Of a DNA stretch of 42,886 nt, positions 1 through 8,901 are shown piece after piece. Source of the DNA: a virus (lineage: Duplodnaviria; Caudoviricetes). The position numbers were made by a program, and so were the translations under genes. The notes under the pieces are model-generated. The model saw nothing but the letters and a program-made list of their open reading frames with translations, made no database searches and had not been told where the DNA came from. The number at the start of each line of letters is the position of its first letter. The first letter of the stretch is position 1. The stretch is taken from positions 1-42,886 of the IMG/VR virus record IMGVR_UViG_3300025872_000101. The stretch is one strand, 5' to 3'.

Positions 1-373
1 TTTCAGCCTCGGTCAAGTCCGATTCAGTCCAATGCTCATCGGCATCCACCTGCCAAAGCCATCCATCAGGATTGCCTTGAAGCAACTCGATTCCTTTGTT
101 GACCTGCGCATCCTTGCTTGGCCATCCTGTTTGGGATGTGTCGAATAAGACTTTGGTCGGATATTGACTTGCCAAATTTTGACAAGTCTCAATAGTTCCA
201 TCGGTACTTTGCGATAAAGGTCGGATTGAAGTACACCATGCCGTTGAGCCACCATTCCTACTGAAGCCCTCCACAATGACCCACTTGTCAAACATGGAAA
301 CCATGCGCTCGGCAAAGTCTTTGTGAAGCAAATGATGCTTGGCGTTGTAAACTATGGTTAAGGCGTACCTCAT
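1..373 (-). CDS. Glycosyltransferase, N-terminal part only (allele of 41122-41898, cut by window edge)
   Basis: ATG at 373 overlaps the stop of the methyltransferase (ATGA); aligns to the right-end copy including the WLWQVDADEHW motif. Confidence 0.8.
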   Translation of the reverse strand, partial: MRYALTIVYNAKHHLLHKDFAERMVSMFDKWVIVEGFSRNGGSTAWCTSIRPLSQSTDGTIETCQNLASQYPTKVLFDTSQTGWPSKDAQVNKGIELLQGNPDGWLWQVDADEHWTESDLTEAE

Positions 374-1008
374 TTGATATAATAAATGCGACTTCCAAAG
401 CCCTGATCTGTTGACCAAATTAGGTCACAATCTACGGTCTTGAGGCTTTCACATGTTTGGTAATGCTTGACATGGTTGGTGTCATCCAAGGCTAAATAGA
501 AGCCTGGTTCCACGCGATCCATCAGATATTTGAACTCAATCAGACCCATGTGACCGGCCGAATCCAATATCACCAAGTCAGGTTTGAAGTCTAATTTGGC
601 CAATGCGAAATGCAGCATTTCATCCCCAACCTTGAAGCTTACTTCTTGTCTATAGAGAACCTCCCTGTTATGATCAAGGTGGTCAATAACAATATTATCA
701 GGAACATCGAAAGTAATATCAGTGGGAATATCAGAACGCTTAACAGATAAACCAAGAAGGAAAGTGATAACCGTGTTACGGTGCCTTTTCCTTGCCACTT
801 CGTAGTGGCGTGGGTTAACCTCGATAGAATAGACTTGCTCATCCCCCACCAGGCCATCAGCAATGCCTTGGGTAGTTCCCTCGCCAAGATAGCTGCCCGT
901 TTCAATAATCCTTTGAAGCTTCTTGGTTCGGATGAGGTTGGTGATGGCATCTTTGAAGTCGTTATGCGCTCCCATGCCATTCGGCATTAGGTGCTGTGCT
1001 ATCTGCAT
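370..1008 (-). CDS. Class I SAM-dependent methyltransferase (Methyltransf_24-like, probable glycan O-methyltransferase), allele A
   Basis: IIETGSYLGEGTT motif I, SIEVN acidic motif, DLVILDSAGH, LALDD. Confidence 0.8.
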   Translation of the reverse strand: MQIAQHLMPNGMGAHNDFKDAITNLIRTKKLQRIIETGSYLGEGTTQGIADGLVGDEQVYSIEVNPRHYEVARKRHRNTVITFLLGLSVKRSDIPTDITFDVPDNIVIDHLDHNREVLYRQEVSFKVGDEMLHFALAKLDFKPDLVILDSAGHMGLIEFKYLMDRVEPGFYLALDDTNHVKHYQTCESLKTVDCDLIWSTDQGFGSRIYYIK

Positions 1009-1229
1009 TTCATTATCTTTTTCATGGTTTCATAGGAGCAATTCACCTGCATCGAATCGCCGTTGATGAAGAATATCAATACCACCTCATCGCCGTTATC
1101 GTTGTAGGATTTATGAAATGAATAGACATTCTCTAGGGATACCATAACCTTGCTTTCAGTGAACTTATCAATCCCCATCTCATCAAGCTTCTTATCGGTT
1201 AGGGTGATATCAAACTCTTGCCAAATCAT
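999..1229 (-). CDS. Hypothetical protein (76 aa), allele A
   Basis: ORF conserved in both repeat copies with largely conservative changes. Confidence 0.75.
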   Translation of the reverse strand: MIWQEFDITLTDKKLDEMGIDKFTESKVMVSLENVYSFHKSYNDNGDEVVLIFFINGDSMQVNCSYETMKKIMKCR

Positions 1230-3423
1230 ATCTCTGCCAGTTTTTAGTCAGTATGGTCCTATCGGATTGATGCGGAACCTTGTCTGTAATATAGTAATGA
1301 AGCTCGGCATTTGTATCAATGGCATCGACAAAGTTCGCCAAGCTCGAATCTATGCAATGGATGGAGGTAGCGGTTTCTAGGACTTTGCGCCAATCGAAAA
1401 TACTGTAATCGCCCACCTTTTCAAACTTGACCACAGAGTCTGTAACCAGAATATCAGCAGGACTGCCGTAGTCACTACTGCTGTGAATAACATGGTAAGG
1501 CCTACTACTATCAATTCCCAAAGCATCATAAAGGGCCATTTCAGATATTTCATTTCGTTTGTATTTAAGGTTTCTCAATTCGCTCAATGGAACTCCTGCC
1601 AATCGGTATTTATAAATGACAAAGCTGTCCAAGTTCCTCCGCTCCTTGATCCATTGCATGTGGATTGGACTTTTTTGGTCCAAACCGAAACTCAAGTCAA
1701 TGACCTTATCATAATTGCCTCGGACCGTTTCCACCGGTATGGCATAATCAACATAATCAAAGAGCTTGTGGTATTGCTTTGGACAGTGCCAAAATACATC
1801 AAATCCACGCTCATGGTACCAATTGGCAATTGGTAGAACGCAGATGATATCCCCAACCTTACCTGGTTGGTTAATGAGTAGCCTCTTCTTGCGATACAAA
1901 TCCGACTTGGTTGGAGCAAGTGGCAAGGTCGGACCTTCCAATCTATGGCGTTCCGTATAGCTTCGCTTATTGGATAAATGCAGATGATAGGTCTTGATAT
2001 CCTTGCTTGGGTTGATGGGCTTCAATCCAGCTTGCGCAATCTCATAAGCCAGGCGATTGTCACAGGCAGGCAGCCCCATTGTGAAATCCACATTCTTAAG
2101 CGTTTTAGGCTTGCCTTTCCATATCCAAGTGTCTTGAGTCCACTCGTAATCGAATAGCTTGGCATTGCCGTTGTGAAGCACATCCCAGCGACTCAGGCAT
2201 AATACGCTTTGATCCATTTTGAGCGATTTAATATCCTCAATCTCGGTGGTTAGATAAATATCGGCATTGGTCAGAATGTAGTAATCCGCCTCAACTGATT
2301 GCATGAAACTTATATAATCCGTGTAAGTCGCACGGTCATAACCTTCCACATTTACCACCTTTGGATGATTCCAAGGCGTTCCAAGATTATAAATGACATC
2401 TATGCTTGGACAATCGCAGTTGAGCTGCATGACCTGCCTCAGTTCACGCTGCCTGTCCGCAAACTTTTGCTCAAAGTATTGAGTAAATAAAGCCACCTTT
2501 CCTGGAAGCTTGGTCCGTTTGTTATCGCCAATCTTGGCAATGGTCGGAGCCATGACTCTAGTCTTAGGCGAGCTGATGTTGGCAATCTTATCAGACTTTA
2601 AAAGATGACCCTTAAAGATATGTCGCTGCCCTCTCTGGGCTTGCATCTTCATCAAAGCCCTGTCGTAATAGTCCCAATACATCGGCTTGATGTTGGAACG
2701 GTTGCCGAATAAACTCAGGAATGTATAGACTTGAGCCAGCTCATGGGGTCGCTTGGCTGCCGTGTTGCCGAAGTACATGGAAGTCTCACCTATATGGTGC
2801 CATTCTCCCATCCTTGCCAAGGCGATATTCAGATAAAGCTCATCAGGTTGACCCCCTCCCCACTTGTTGCGAAGCCTCTCCAAAGGTATGGGGTTGTCCA
2901 TCTCAGCTTTGAATATCCGATACATCTCGGCTGTCTTATCAGACTTGCGAATGTATTGGATGCTTGATTGGGTCGCTGGGAACTTGGTCTGATGGTCAAA
3001 GCCACAATGTTCCCAAATATCTTGTCTATAAGCCCACCACATCTGAGGCAGAATGTTAGGGCTATTGATGTCATAAACCTCATTGATGAAGGTCGCATAC
3101 CATGCCCCTGAAGCATCAAGCCTATCAAACAAAGGTTCGACAGGCTGCATGCAAATACCATCGACATCCAAGAACAGCGTGGAGTCAAACGGTGTTAAAT
3201 CGTAAATATCGGCTTTATACCTACCGGGGTCTGAAGGATCATCAGCCAATGTCTCAATGGTGTCAAACATCGAGCGGTCGGTGACTTCCTTCAGAACGCG
3301 ATCGGTAGCTATAAGGTGGATGGGTATGCCAGGGCTGTGGTGCTTGATGGATACTGCGAGGTTATGAGCCATGAATCCATAGCCTCTTTTTCCCCACGCC
3401 ATCAGCAAAATGCCTCTGGTCAT
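1210..3423 (-). CDS. Multi-domain glycosyltransferase (two GT-A-like domains plus C-terminal GT9-like GT-B domain)
   Basis: LFLDVD DxD motif; second domain ILTNADIY; C-terminal NQPGKVGDIICVLPIA ... IHCIDSSLANF resembles the GT9 heptosyltransferase signature. Confidence 0.75.
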   Translation of the reverse strand: MTRGILLMAWGKRGYGFMAHNLAVSIKHHSPGIPIHLIATDRVLKEVTDRSMFDTIETLADDPSDPGRYKADIYDLTPFDSTLFLDVDGICMQPVEPLFDRLDASGAWYATFINEVYDINSPNILPQMWWAYRQDIWEHCGFDHQTKFPATQSSIQYIRKSDKTAEMYRIFKAEMDNPIPLERLRNKWGGGQPDELYLNIALARMGEWHHIGETSMYFGNTAAKRPHELAQVYTFLSLFGNRSNIKPMYWDYYDRALMKMQAQRGQRHIFKGHLLKSDKIANISSPKTRVMAPTIAKIGDNKRTKLPGKVALFTQYFEQKFADRQRELRQVMQLNCDCPSIDVIYNLGTPWNHPKVVNVEGYDRATYTDYISFMQSVEADYYILTNADIYLTTEIEDIKSLKMDQSVLCLSRWDVLHNGNAKLFDYEWTQDTWIWKGKPKTLKNVDFTMGLPACDNRLAYEIAQAGLKPINPSKDIKTYHLHLSNKRSYTERHRLEGPTLPLAPTKSDLYRKKRLLINQPGKVGDIICVLPIANWYHERGFDVFWHCPKQYHKLFDYVDYAIPVETVRGNYDKVIDLSFGLDQKSPIHMQWIKERRNLDSFVIYKYRLAGVPLSELRNLKYKRNEISEMALYDALGIDSSRPYHVIHSSSDYGSPADILVTDSVVKFEKVGDYSIFDWRKVLETATSIHCIDSSLANFVDAIDTNAELHYYITDKVPHQSDRTILTKNWQRYDLARV

Positions 3424-3434
3424 AGTTCCACTGA

Positions 3435-3989
3435 TTATGCGCTAAATACTCCTGTTGGGGTAGGAATCAAGCTGATGTTGCCCTTGTAAGTGAAGGTCAA
3501 CTCGAAGCGAGCAGGCTCCTCATCAGTGTCAGTGATGATGGCACCACCAGTGAAGGCGATTTCACCATCCAAGTAAACTGACTCATCGTCGAAACCAGTC
3601 TTTGGGCAAAGGCGAGCGATGGCACCTGCTACAGTGTAACCACTTGCCAAAGTTGTCCAGAAGTCAAAGTTGGTAGTGTTCCAAGAATAGTCAATGATGT
3701 TGCCTGAATAGGTAATGTAAAGGGTCTGAGGCAGACCGCAAGCAGTGGTCTTTGGAGACAAGGTTGACTCACCCTGACCAATACCCATGCGGATCTGTTG
3801 AACCAATTTAGCATCGCCAGCAGCGATAAGAGCGTTTACTTCAGTACCATCTGAAGGATCGGTAAGGTCGTTACCGCAAAGGATGAGGACTACCTCGGAG
3901 ATACCTGCTGGGCGTGGGCCTTTACAGGTGAGCGTTGCTACTTCGTGATCGCCAAGAGCCTCGCAGTTGTAATTTAAACAAGTTGCCAT
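3435..3989 (-). CDS. Probable major tail (tube) protein
   Basis: 184 aa, acidic, beta-rich, ends FELTFTYKG; has its own upstream promoter. Confidence 0.6.
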   Translation of the reverse strand: MATCLNYNCEALGDHEVATLTCKGPRPAGISEVVLILCGNDLTDPSDGTEVNALIAAGDAKLVQQIRMGIGQGESTLSPKTTACGLPQTLYITYSGNIIDYSWNTTNFDFWTTLASGYTVAGAIARLCPKTGFDDESVYLDGEIAFTGGAIITDTDEEPARFELTFTYKGNISLIPTPTGVFSA

Positions 3990-4067
3990 GAGAGCAAAGA
4001 TTTTTTGAGTTTAGATTGAGTTTCTTGGGATTACTTAATGCCTCACCCGATTTGGCACCAGTTGTTG

Positions 4068-4075
4068 CAAATATA
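4068..4075 (-). promoter_or_regulatory. Bacteroidota-type -7 promoter element TATATTTG
   Basis: Matches TAnnTTTG; intergenic, upstream of the tail tube gene; 15-nt context tgcaaatataatcaa also at 20354-20368. Confidence 0.7.
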
Positions 4076-4080
4076 ATCAA

Positions 4081-6423
4081 TTAAATGTGTCTATTGAATT
4101 GCTGTCCCTTTTCTTTAATGCGTAGGTTGACAACAGCCGTAGCCAAGCTATAGGAGCCATCGGTCTGCCAATTCGGTGAATAATCTTCCGCCTCAGCCAC
4201 ATATTCAACCCCTATATCCTCAGTGTCTCCTATTTGAAAATGGTCGCAGCTGATGATGGCAGCCATTGCATCATGGAAAGTCTCGGAAGCAAATCCTGTA
4301 TGAAGCTGCCAATACTTCTCCACTTCGCTGTAAGCCACCCTAGCGTTGCCTGTGCCGCTTTTCATGACTGTTGTAGCCTTTGGATAGGTCGGAGCGATGG
4401 AACGAATCTCAGCCCTTTGTTGAAGCCTGAAGCCGGTGTTTGCGAACTCAAAGCCGAAACTTGGTTGGTCGCAATAACCCACAAGCATCTTGGTTCTAGC
4501 AAATCCATTGGAATTATATTGCAGGCATTCGCTGGCATAGGTAGCCTCGAAAGGTTCAATCTTTTGAAGGCTTACATTGTCAATGATGATACTTCCTTCA
4601 ATATAATTAGGCTGGATATAATTTGGGTCGGTTTTCCCGAAATTCACTAAAATATAATAAGTTCCACCATTCAAAGTATAGGTTTGGGTAAAACTATAAG
4701 TACCCCATGCACTTTGATAAGAAGGAGTTGGTACACCATTCATGTAAGCTTTAGCTGAAATACCTAAATCTGTTGAACCTACAATTTCCCATTCTGTTTG
4801 ATAAGTTCCAGGAGTCAAAGTTGGAATACCAGTATGATATAAAAGGGCCACTCCTGAATGATTAGTCTTCACCACCTTGATATCATCGATATCTCCATCA
4901 AAGGTGCTTGAGGGAGTAAAGGTTATGTCAACCGAACCGCTTTGCTTTGGTCCGTAGAATTGAATGAACCTATCATTTCCCTTCCAGGTATAGGTAGTTC
5001 CTGTTGCTGCATTACCAAGCTTGACCGTTACCGATCCTGTGGTCCAATTGCTGATGGTGAATCCTACCCAATAATTGAATCCTGTAGCTGGAAGTGGTGG
5101 AGCAGGCAGAGTCATTGTCTGACTCAATGTAGCGGTATTGCCTGCGGTATGGCGTGCGGCATTGCCTACAATAGACCATCCTGCTCCTAATGTCCAACCT
5201 GTTGAACCTCCACTGAAATCACCATTGGAAATATAGTCGGTATCACCTATTCCAAATGGGTTAAAGCTCATTTCAAGTTGATCACCAATGATAGCATATT
5301 GGCTGCCCGAATTATTCTTTACCCAATCAGTAAAGCCATTGGCGAAATCCCCATTGGTTACTAAATTGTCGGAAGTCACTATGCATTGGTCATATACATT
5401 CAAAGTATAGCAGTCATCTGCCAGCTCATAATCATCGAATGAAAAGCCCAATGTCACATAGTCCTGATAGTAACTGAAGGCATCAGATACATCATAATTG
5501 GTCCCATTGGAATCAATCAGCTCGGCACTGTAATCATTGCGAAGTTTGTAAAGAGATATCCCACTGATACAACCATCAAAGGTACTGGTTCCTTCAACCG
5601 TTATGGTTCCTGGTAAAGTAGGAGTAAGCCAAAAAGTAAATGTCCCATTTGTTGATACCGCACTTGTTGAAACATCACTGACCTTGACAGTCAATGAGCC
5701 ATCAGTCCTTCCAGATACATTGAAGCTTACTTTATAATAACTTCCAGCATCGATATAGTTGGCCACAATCTCCTTTAAATCGCCTGTCTGACCTACTATG
5801 TGGCAAGCCTGACCATCAGACAAAATCCAAGAATCATTATCATCCCAATCAGCGTAAAGTATCTCTTTAATGCTGACATTGGTAACGCTTCCTGTGAAGT
5901 TGTTAGCCGTGTAGAATGTAATCGTTTCAAATCCTGTTGCATTGAACTGCAAATCGAACTCATAGCTTCCAGTAATGGTAACAGCAGGGGTCTGAGTCTG
6001 CAATGGGTCTCCATAACCAAACAATACCACAAATTCGCCATTGGTTATGGTAGTATCAAAGCTGATGCGGTAAACCGTACCAGCAACCAAAGCCAATGAA
6101 GATTGAACCAATATCGCGCCGCTTCCATTCAAGCAATCCATCTCGGTATTGCCAGCATCCCAAGTCCATTCAGGATCATAAGTCCAAGTGGCGGCAGGAT
6201 TGACATTGAAATCCCCATTCAATACAAGCTCACTGCCCAATGTATAATCATCAAACTCAGGATCGGCCACCTCATTGTCATTACAAGGTGTCTGATAGAA
6301 CTGACTCCAAACGGTATCGCCAACCGTTACAGGGTGGCAATATTGCTCCGAACCGCATTGGTAGTTGTTTGGAGCATCAGGATCTGGGAAGTATGGCTGG
6401 AACTTATTGCGTAGTAACGGCAT
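4081..6423 (-). CDS. Virion structural protein with repeated carbohydrate-binding-module-like domains
   Basis: Repeats LVLNGDF, LVTNGDF, YISNGDF followed by Trp and YxxxF..D.vs patterns typical of CBM4/9-like jelly rolls; located in tail module. Confidence 0.65.
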   Translation of the reverse strand: MPLLRNKFQPYFPDPDAPNNYQCGSEQYCHPVTVGDTVWSQFYQTPCNDNEVADPEFDDYTLGSELVLNGDFNVNPAATWTYDPEWTWDAGNTEMDCLNGSGAILVQSSLALVAGTVYRISFDTTITNGEFVVLFGYGDPLQTQTPAVTITGSYEFDLQFNATGFETITFYTANNFTGSVTNVSIKEILYADWDDNDSWILSDGQACHIVGQTGDLKEIVANYIDAGSYYKVSFNVSGRTDGSLTVKVSDVSTSAVSTNGTFTFWLTPTLPGTITVEGTSTFDGCISGISLYKLRNDYSAELIDSNGTNYDVSDAFSYYQDYVTLGFSFDDYELADDCYTLNVYDQCIVTSDNLVTNGDFANGFTDWVKNNSGSQYAIIGDQLEMSFNPFGIGDTDYISNGDFSGGSTGWTLGAGWSIVGNAARHTAGNTATLSQTMTLPAPPLPATGFNYWVGFTISNWTTGSVTVKLGNAATGTTYTWKGNDRFIQFYGPKQSGSVDITFTPSSTFDGDIDDIKVVKTNHSGVALLYHTGIPTLTPGTYQTEWEIVGSTDLGISAKAYMNGVPTPSYQSAWGTYSFTQTYTLNGGTYYILVNFGKTDPNYIQPNYIEGSIIIDNVSLQKIEPFEATYASECLQYNSNGFARTKMLVGYCDQPSFGFEFANTGFRLQQRAEIRSIAPTYPKATTVMKSGTGNARVAYSEVEKYWQLHTGFASETFHDAMAAIISCDHFQIGDTEDIGVEYVAEAEDYSPNWQTDGSYSLATAVVNLRIKEKGQQFNRHI

Positions 6424-8602
6424 TGTTGGTGACTAATTTTATCTGTGTTAAACCTGTCCAATCGTTGCGCTTCATGGAATCAATCCATCCGATTCGCTGT
6501 TGGTTATCCTTCTCAAAGATAAACAATGTGGTCGGCTGCGATACTATGTTTAGCCAATCTGTTTGGCTGATATCATAATCAAAGGTGTATTCATAGCTCT
6601 CATAGGTTCCTTGGCTTGGAACGGTCAAGGTGATTCCTGATGATGGAATCCCGGTGCAGGCGGTTATGGAATCAGCCTGTAAGAAAATGTTTATATAAGG
6701 GTATTTGGTGCAGTTGGTCCAGTTCCATGTTGCCCAAGGATTGCCAGATATCTGATATCCGAAGTTGGGATGCAAGGGTAAAGCTTGGCTGAAAGTCGCA
6801 CCAACTGGATATACCGCTTGAGTGTTATAGGTGTTATTGGCTGGGAAATTGACTCGCTTGTAGATATTCGCCTCAATGCTGAACTCAGCGTAATCGGTTG
6901 AAGCCATATCCACCACATAATTGATGCCTAGCTGACTCGATTCCATCCCTACTGAAATAATTGTCTTAGCCGATTGGGTTGAAAGCAAAGTGTTTCCAGC
7001 ATCATAAATCCTGATGTATGCAGTCACATAAACGCAATCCTGCATGTAGATGCCTGAATAGGAACCAACAGGCAAACCAGGTCCAGCAGTGGTGATGGTG
7101 AATGAACCCAAGCAAGCCTTTAAGTTATCGCAGTCAAACTTGTAGCTTGCTGCGAAGCTATGGCTTCCACTAACATTGGCCGTGTAACGACCTGTGATAG
7201 CATTGTATTGACCTGCATTATAATTGCCCGATGAGGTCAAATCTCCAAAGGTCAGAATCGTTTCAGGCAAAGTCAGGTAATTGGCGATGTATTGAGGGTC
7301 AGAGCTTACTAAATATGTCTCACTTCCTTGGCTCGCTTGATATCCACCAACTCCAACAGTTAAAGTGTTAAACAAAGTCGTTTGAAGCGAATTGCCGTAA
7401 TTGGCAAGCTTCTGTAGGTTGCTTAGATTATAGTTATAATACCTAGCTGATGGGCATGATGTAATGGGTGGAGTCCATTGCGTATAACTTACAGCTGAAG
7501 CCACATGGGTTATGGTGTTCAACAGATTGCATTCAACCAAAAATAACTCATCATCATATCCGCTTATTCCGCCATTTATCTGATCATTAACTGCATTATT
7601 GGAAATCTTGAATTGATTCACCAAATCCAATTCGTTATCGATATTGCACTGTCCTTTAGGAGTGAATGTCTCCTCGCCAAAGCTATAATAGCTGACTCCA
7701 GGCATTGTAAATACTGGAGCTGCACCGACAGGATTATAATCGCTGCCAGCCTTGACCGTTCCATATAAATTATCCTCCCTGATATTGGCTTCAAGGTCTT
7801 TGATATCCAAGAACTCAACAGGATTCAACCCAGTGAACAAATCCGAAGTTTTCTCCATGATCATGGTCGGATTGGTTGGGTCGGTATTATCAATGAAGAA
7901 GCTTAGATTGAATATCTTATTCATCTCATTGAATAGCTCTCCAAAACTGGTCTTGACTGTCGGAGTAGCTCCTTGATTCTGTAAAGCGAACCCATCAAAG
8001 ATGAATACTTCAGGCTCGGTCTGTAGGAAGTTGGAATAAAACGCCACCTTGTTATCGCTGATGGCTGCCACCAGATATTGGAACACATCATAAACCCTAT
8101 AGCCCTTGGCTGGAGTCAATAAAGCCGTTCCATCGCAGCCAAGAAACACATCCACATCATATACCGCAGGTGGCGATATCAGCTCACCGTTCTTGGTTGT
8201 AATGGATTGGATATCGTATTTGATGGACTTATTATTGTTGATATAAGCATAAAAGCTGTTATCCTGAACCTTGCATTTGGCAAAGGCTCGCTGCAAATCG
8301 AATCGAATTGATGGAACCTTGATGACTCCATTGTAAATCTCAATGGTCTGAGTCGGGTCGCTGTCATCGGTAATCCTGATGGCAACCTCTTGGCATGATC
8401 CTGTGTCGAATTTGCCTTTAAGATAACTGTATCCGCTTATCTCCAATGGCTCAGGATCATTGTTGCCATTATAAGACAGCTCCACATCCTGCGTAATCAA
8501 CAAAGCACCGAGCGAACTGTTGCGCTTGATGGTTGTTGAAAGCTCCATGTCATTCATGGGCTGATCGGTAAGTTGACCATCAAGGTAGAATCGGAACGCC
8601 AT
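6404..8602 (-). CDS. Tail/baseplate structural protein with C1q-like segment
   Basis: 732 aa in tail module; YNAITGRYTANVSGSHSF resembles a C1q/TNF-like motif. Confidence 0.55.
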   Translation of the reverse strand: MAFRFYLDGQLTDQPMNDMELSTTIKRNSSLGALLITQDVELSYNGNNDPEPLEISGYSYLKGKFDTGSCQEVAIRITDDSDPTQTIEIYNGVIKVPSIRFDLQRAFAKCKVQDNSFYAYINNNKSIKYDIQSITTKNGELISPPAVYDVDVFLGCDGTALLTPAKGYRVYDVFQYLVAAISDNKVAFYSNFLQTEPEVFIFDGFALQNQGATPTVKTSFGELFNEMNKIFNLSFFIDNTDPTNPTMIMEKTSDLFTGLNPVEFLDIKDLEANIREDNLYGTVKAGSDYNPVGAAPVFTMPGVSYYSFGEETFTPKGQCNIDNELDLVNQFKISNNAVNDQINGGISGYDDELFLVECNLLNTITHVASAVSYTQWTPPITSCPSARYYNYNLSNLQKLANYGNSLQTTLFNTLTVGVGGYQASQGSETYLVSSDPQYIANYLTLPETILTFGDLTSSGNYNAGQYNAITGRYTANVSGSHSFAASYKFDCDNLKACLGSFTITTAGPGLPVGSYSGIYMQDCVYVTAYIRIYDAGNTLLSTQSAKTIISVGMESSQLGINYVVDMASTDYAEFSIEANIYKRVNFPANNTYNTQAVYPVGATFSQALPLHPNFGYQISGNPWATWNWTNCTKYPYINIFLQADSITACTGIPSSGITLTVPSQGTYESYEYTFDYDISQTDWLNIVSQPTTLFIFEKDNQQRIGWIDSMKRNDWTGLTQIKLVTNNAVTTQ

Positions 8603-8901
8603 CAGACTAAAGTGATTGATAACTCCTGTGCCACATAATCGAATATCGGCTGGTCATCAGCACCCCAAGAAGCAACTAAAGGAAATGTCAATGGCACATT
8701 ACCATCAGCAACTACCTCCTCCATAATGCTGCCATCTACATCCACTTCGTGATGAATCAAGTCATAATGTACTTGACCTGGAGAGGCAATGAAGTCATAT
8801 CCGCTGTAAAGTGAAAGCCTCAAAACATTGACAGGGTGAAATACACCCTCTTTCCAAATGTCAAATGATACTATCTCTCGTTGGTTTGCTTGTAGATTCA
8901 T
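8602..8901 (-). CDS. Hypothetical protein, possible tail fibre chaperone
   Basis: 99 aa, coupled to both neighbours, follows the fibre gene. Confidence 0.5.
   Translation of the reverse strand: MNLQANQREIVSFDIWKEGVFHPVNVLRLSLYSGYDFIASPGQVHYDLIHHEVDVDGSIMEEVVADGNVPLTFPLVASWGADDQPIFDYVAQELSITLV

Larger units (their letters stand above)
1..1361 (+). repeat. Imperfect terminal direct repeat, left copy
   Basis: Colinear with 41526-42886; first 79 nt and last 127 nt identical, interior has many substitutions. Confidence 0.95.

Noticed and set aside
13-315. 100-aa ORF in the track
   Set aside because: Alternative frame of the glycosyltransferase that starts at 373
1-1361. Diverged repeat pair as a diversity-generating retroelement template/variable region
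   Set aside because: No reverse transcriptase; the repeat spans several genes and the differences are not adenine-specific and appear largely synonymous or conservative
4020-4062. Pseudoknot in the tail tube leader (GGTGCC/GGCATT hairpin, loop GGG with downstream CCC)
   Set aside because: Only about 3 bp of loop pairing, too weak to support
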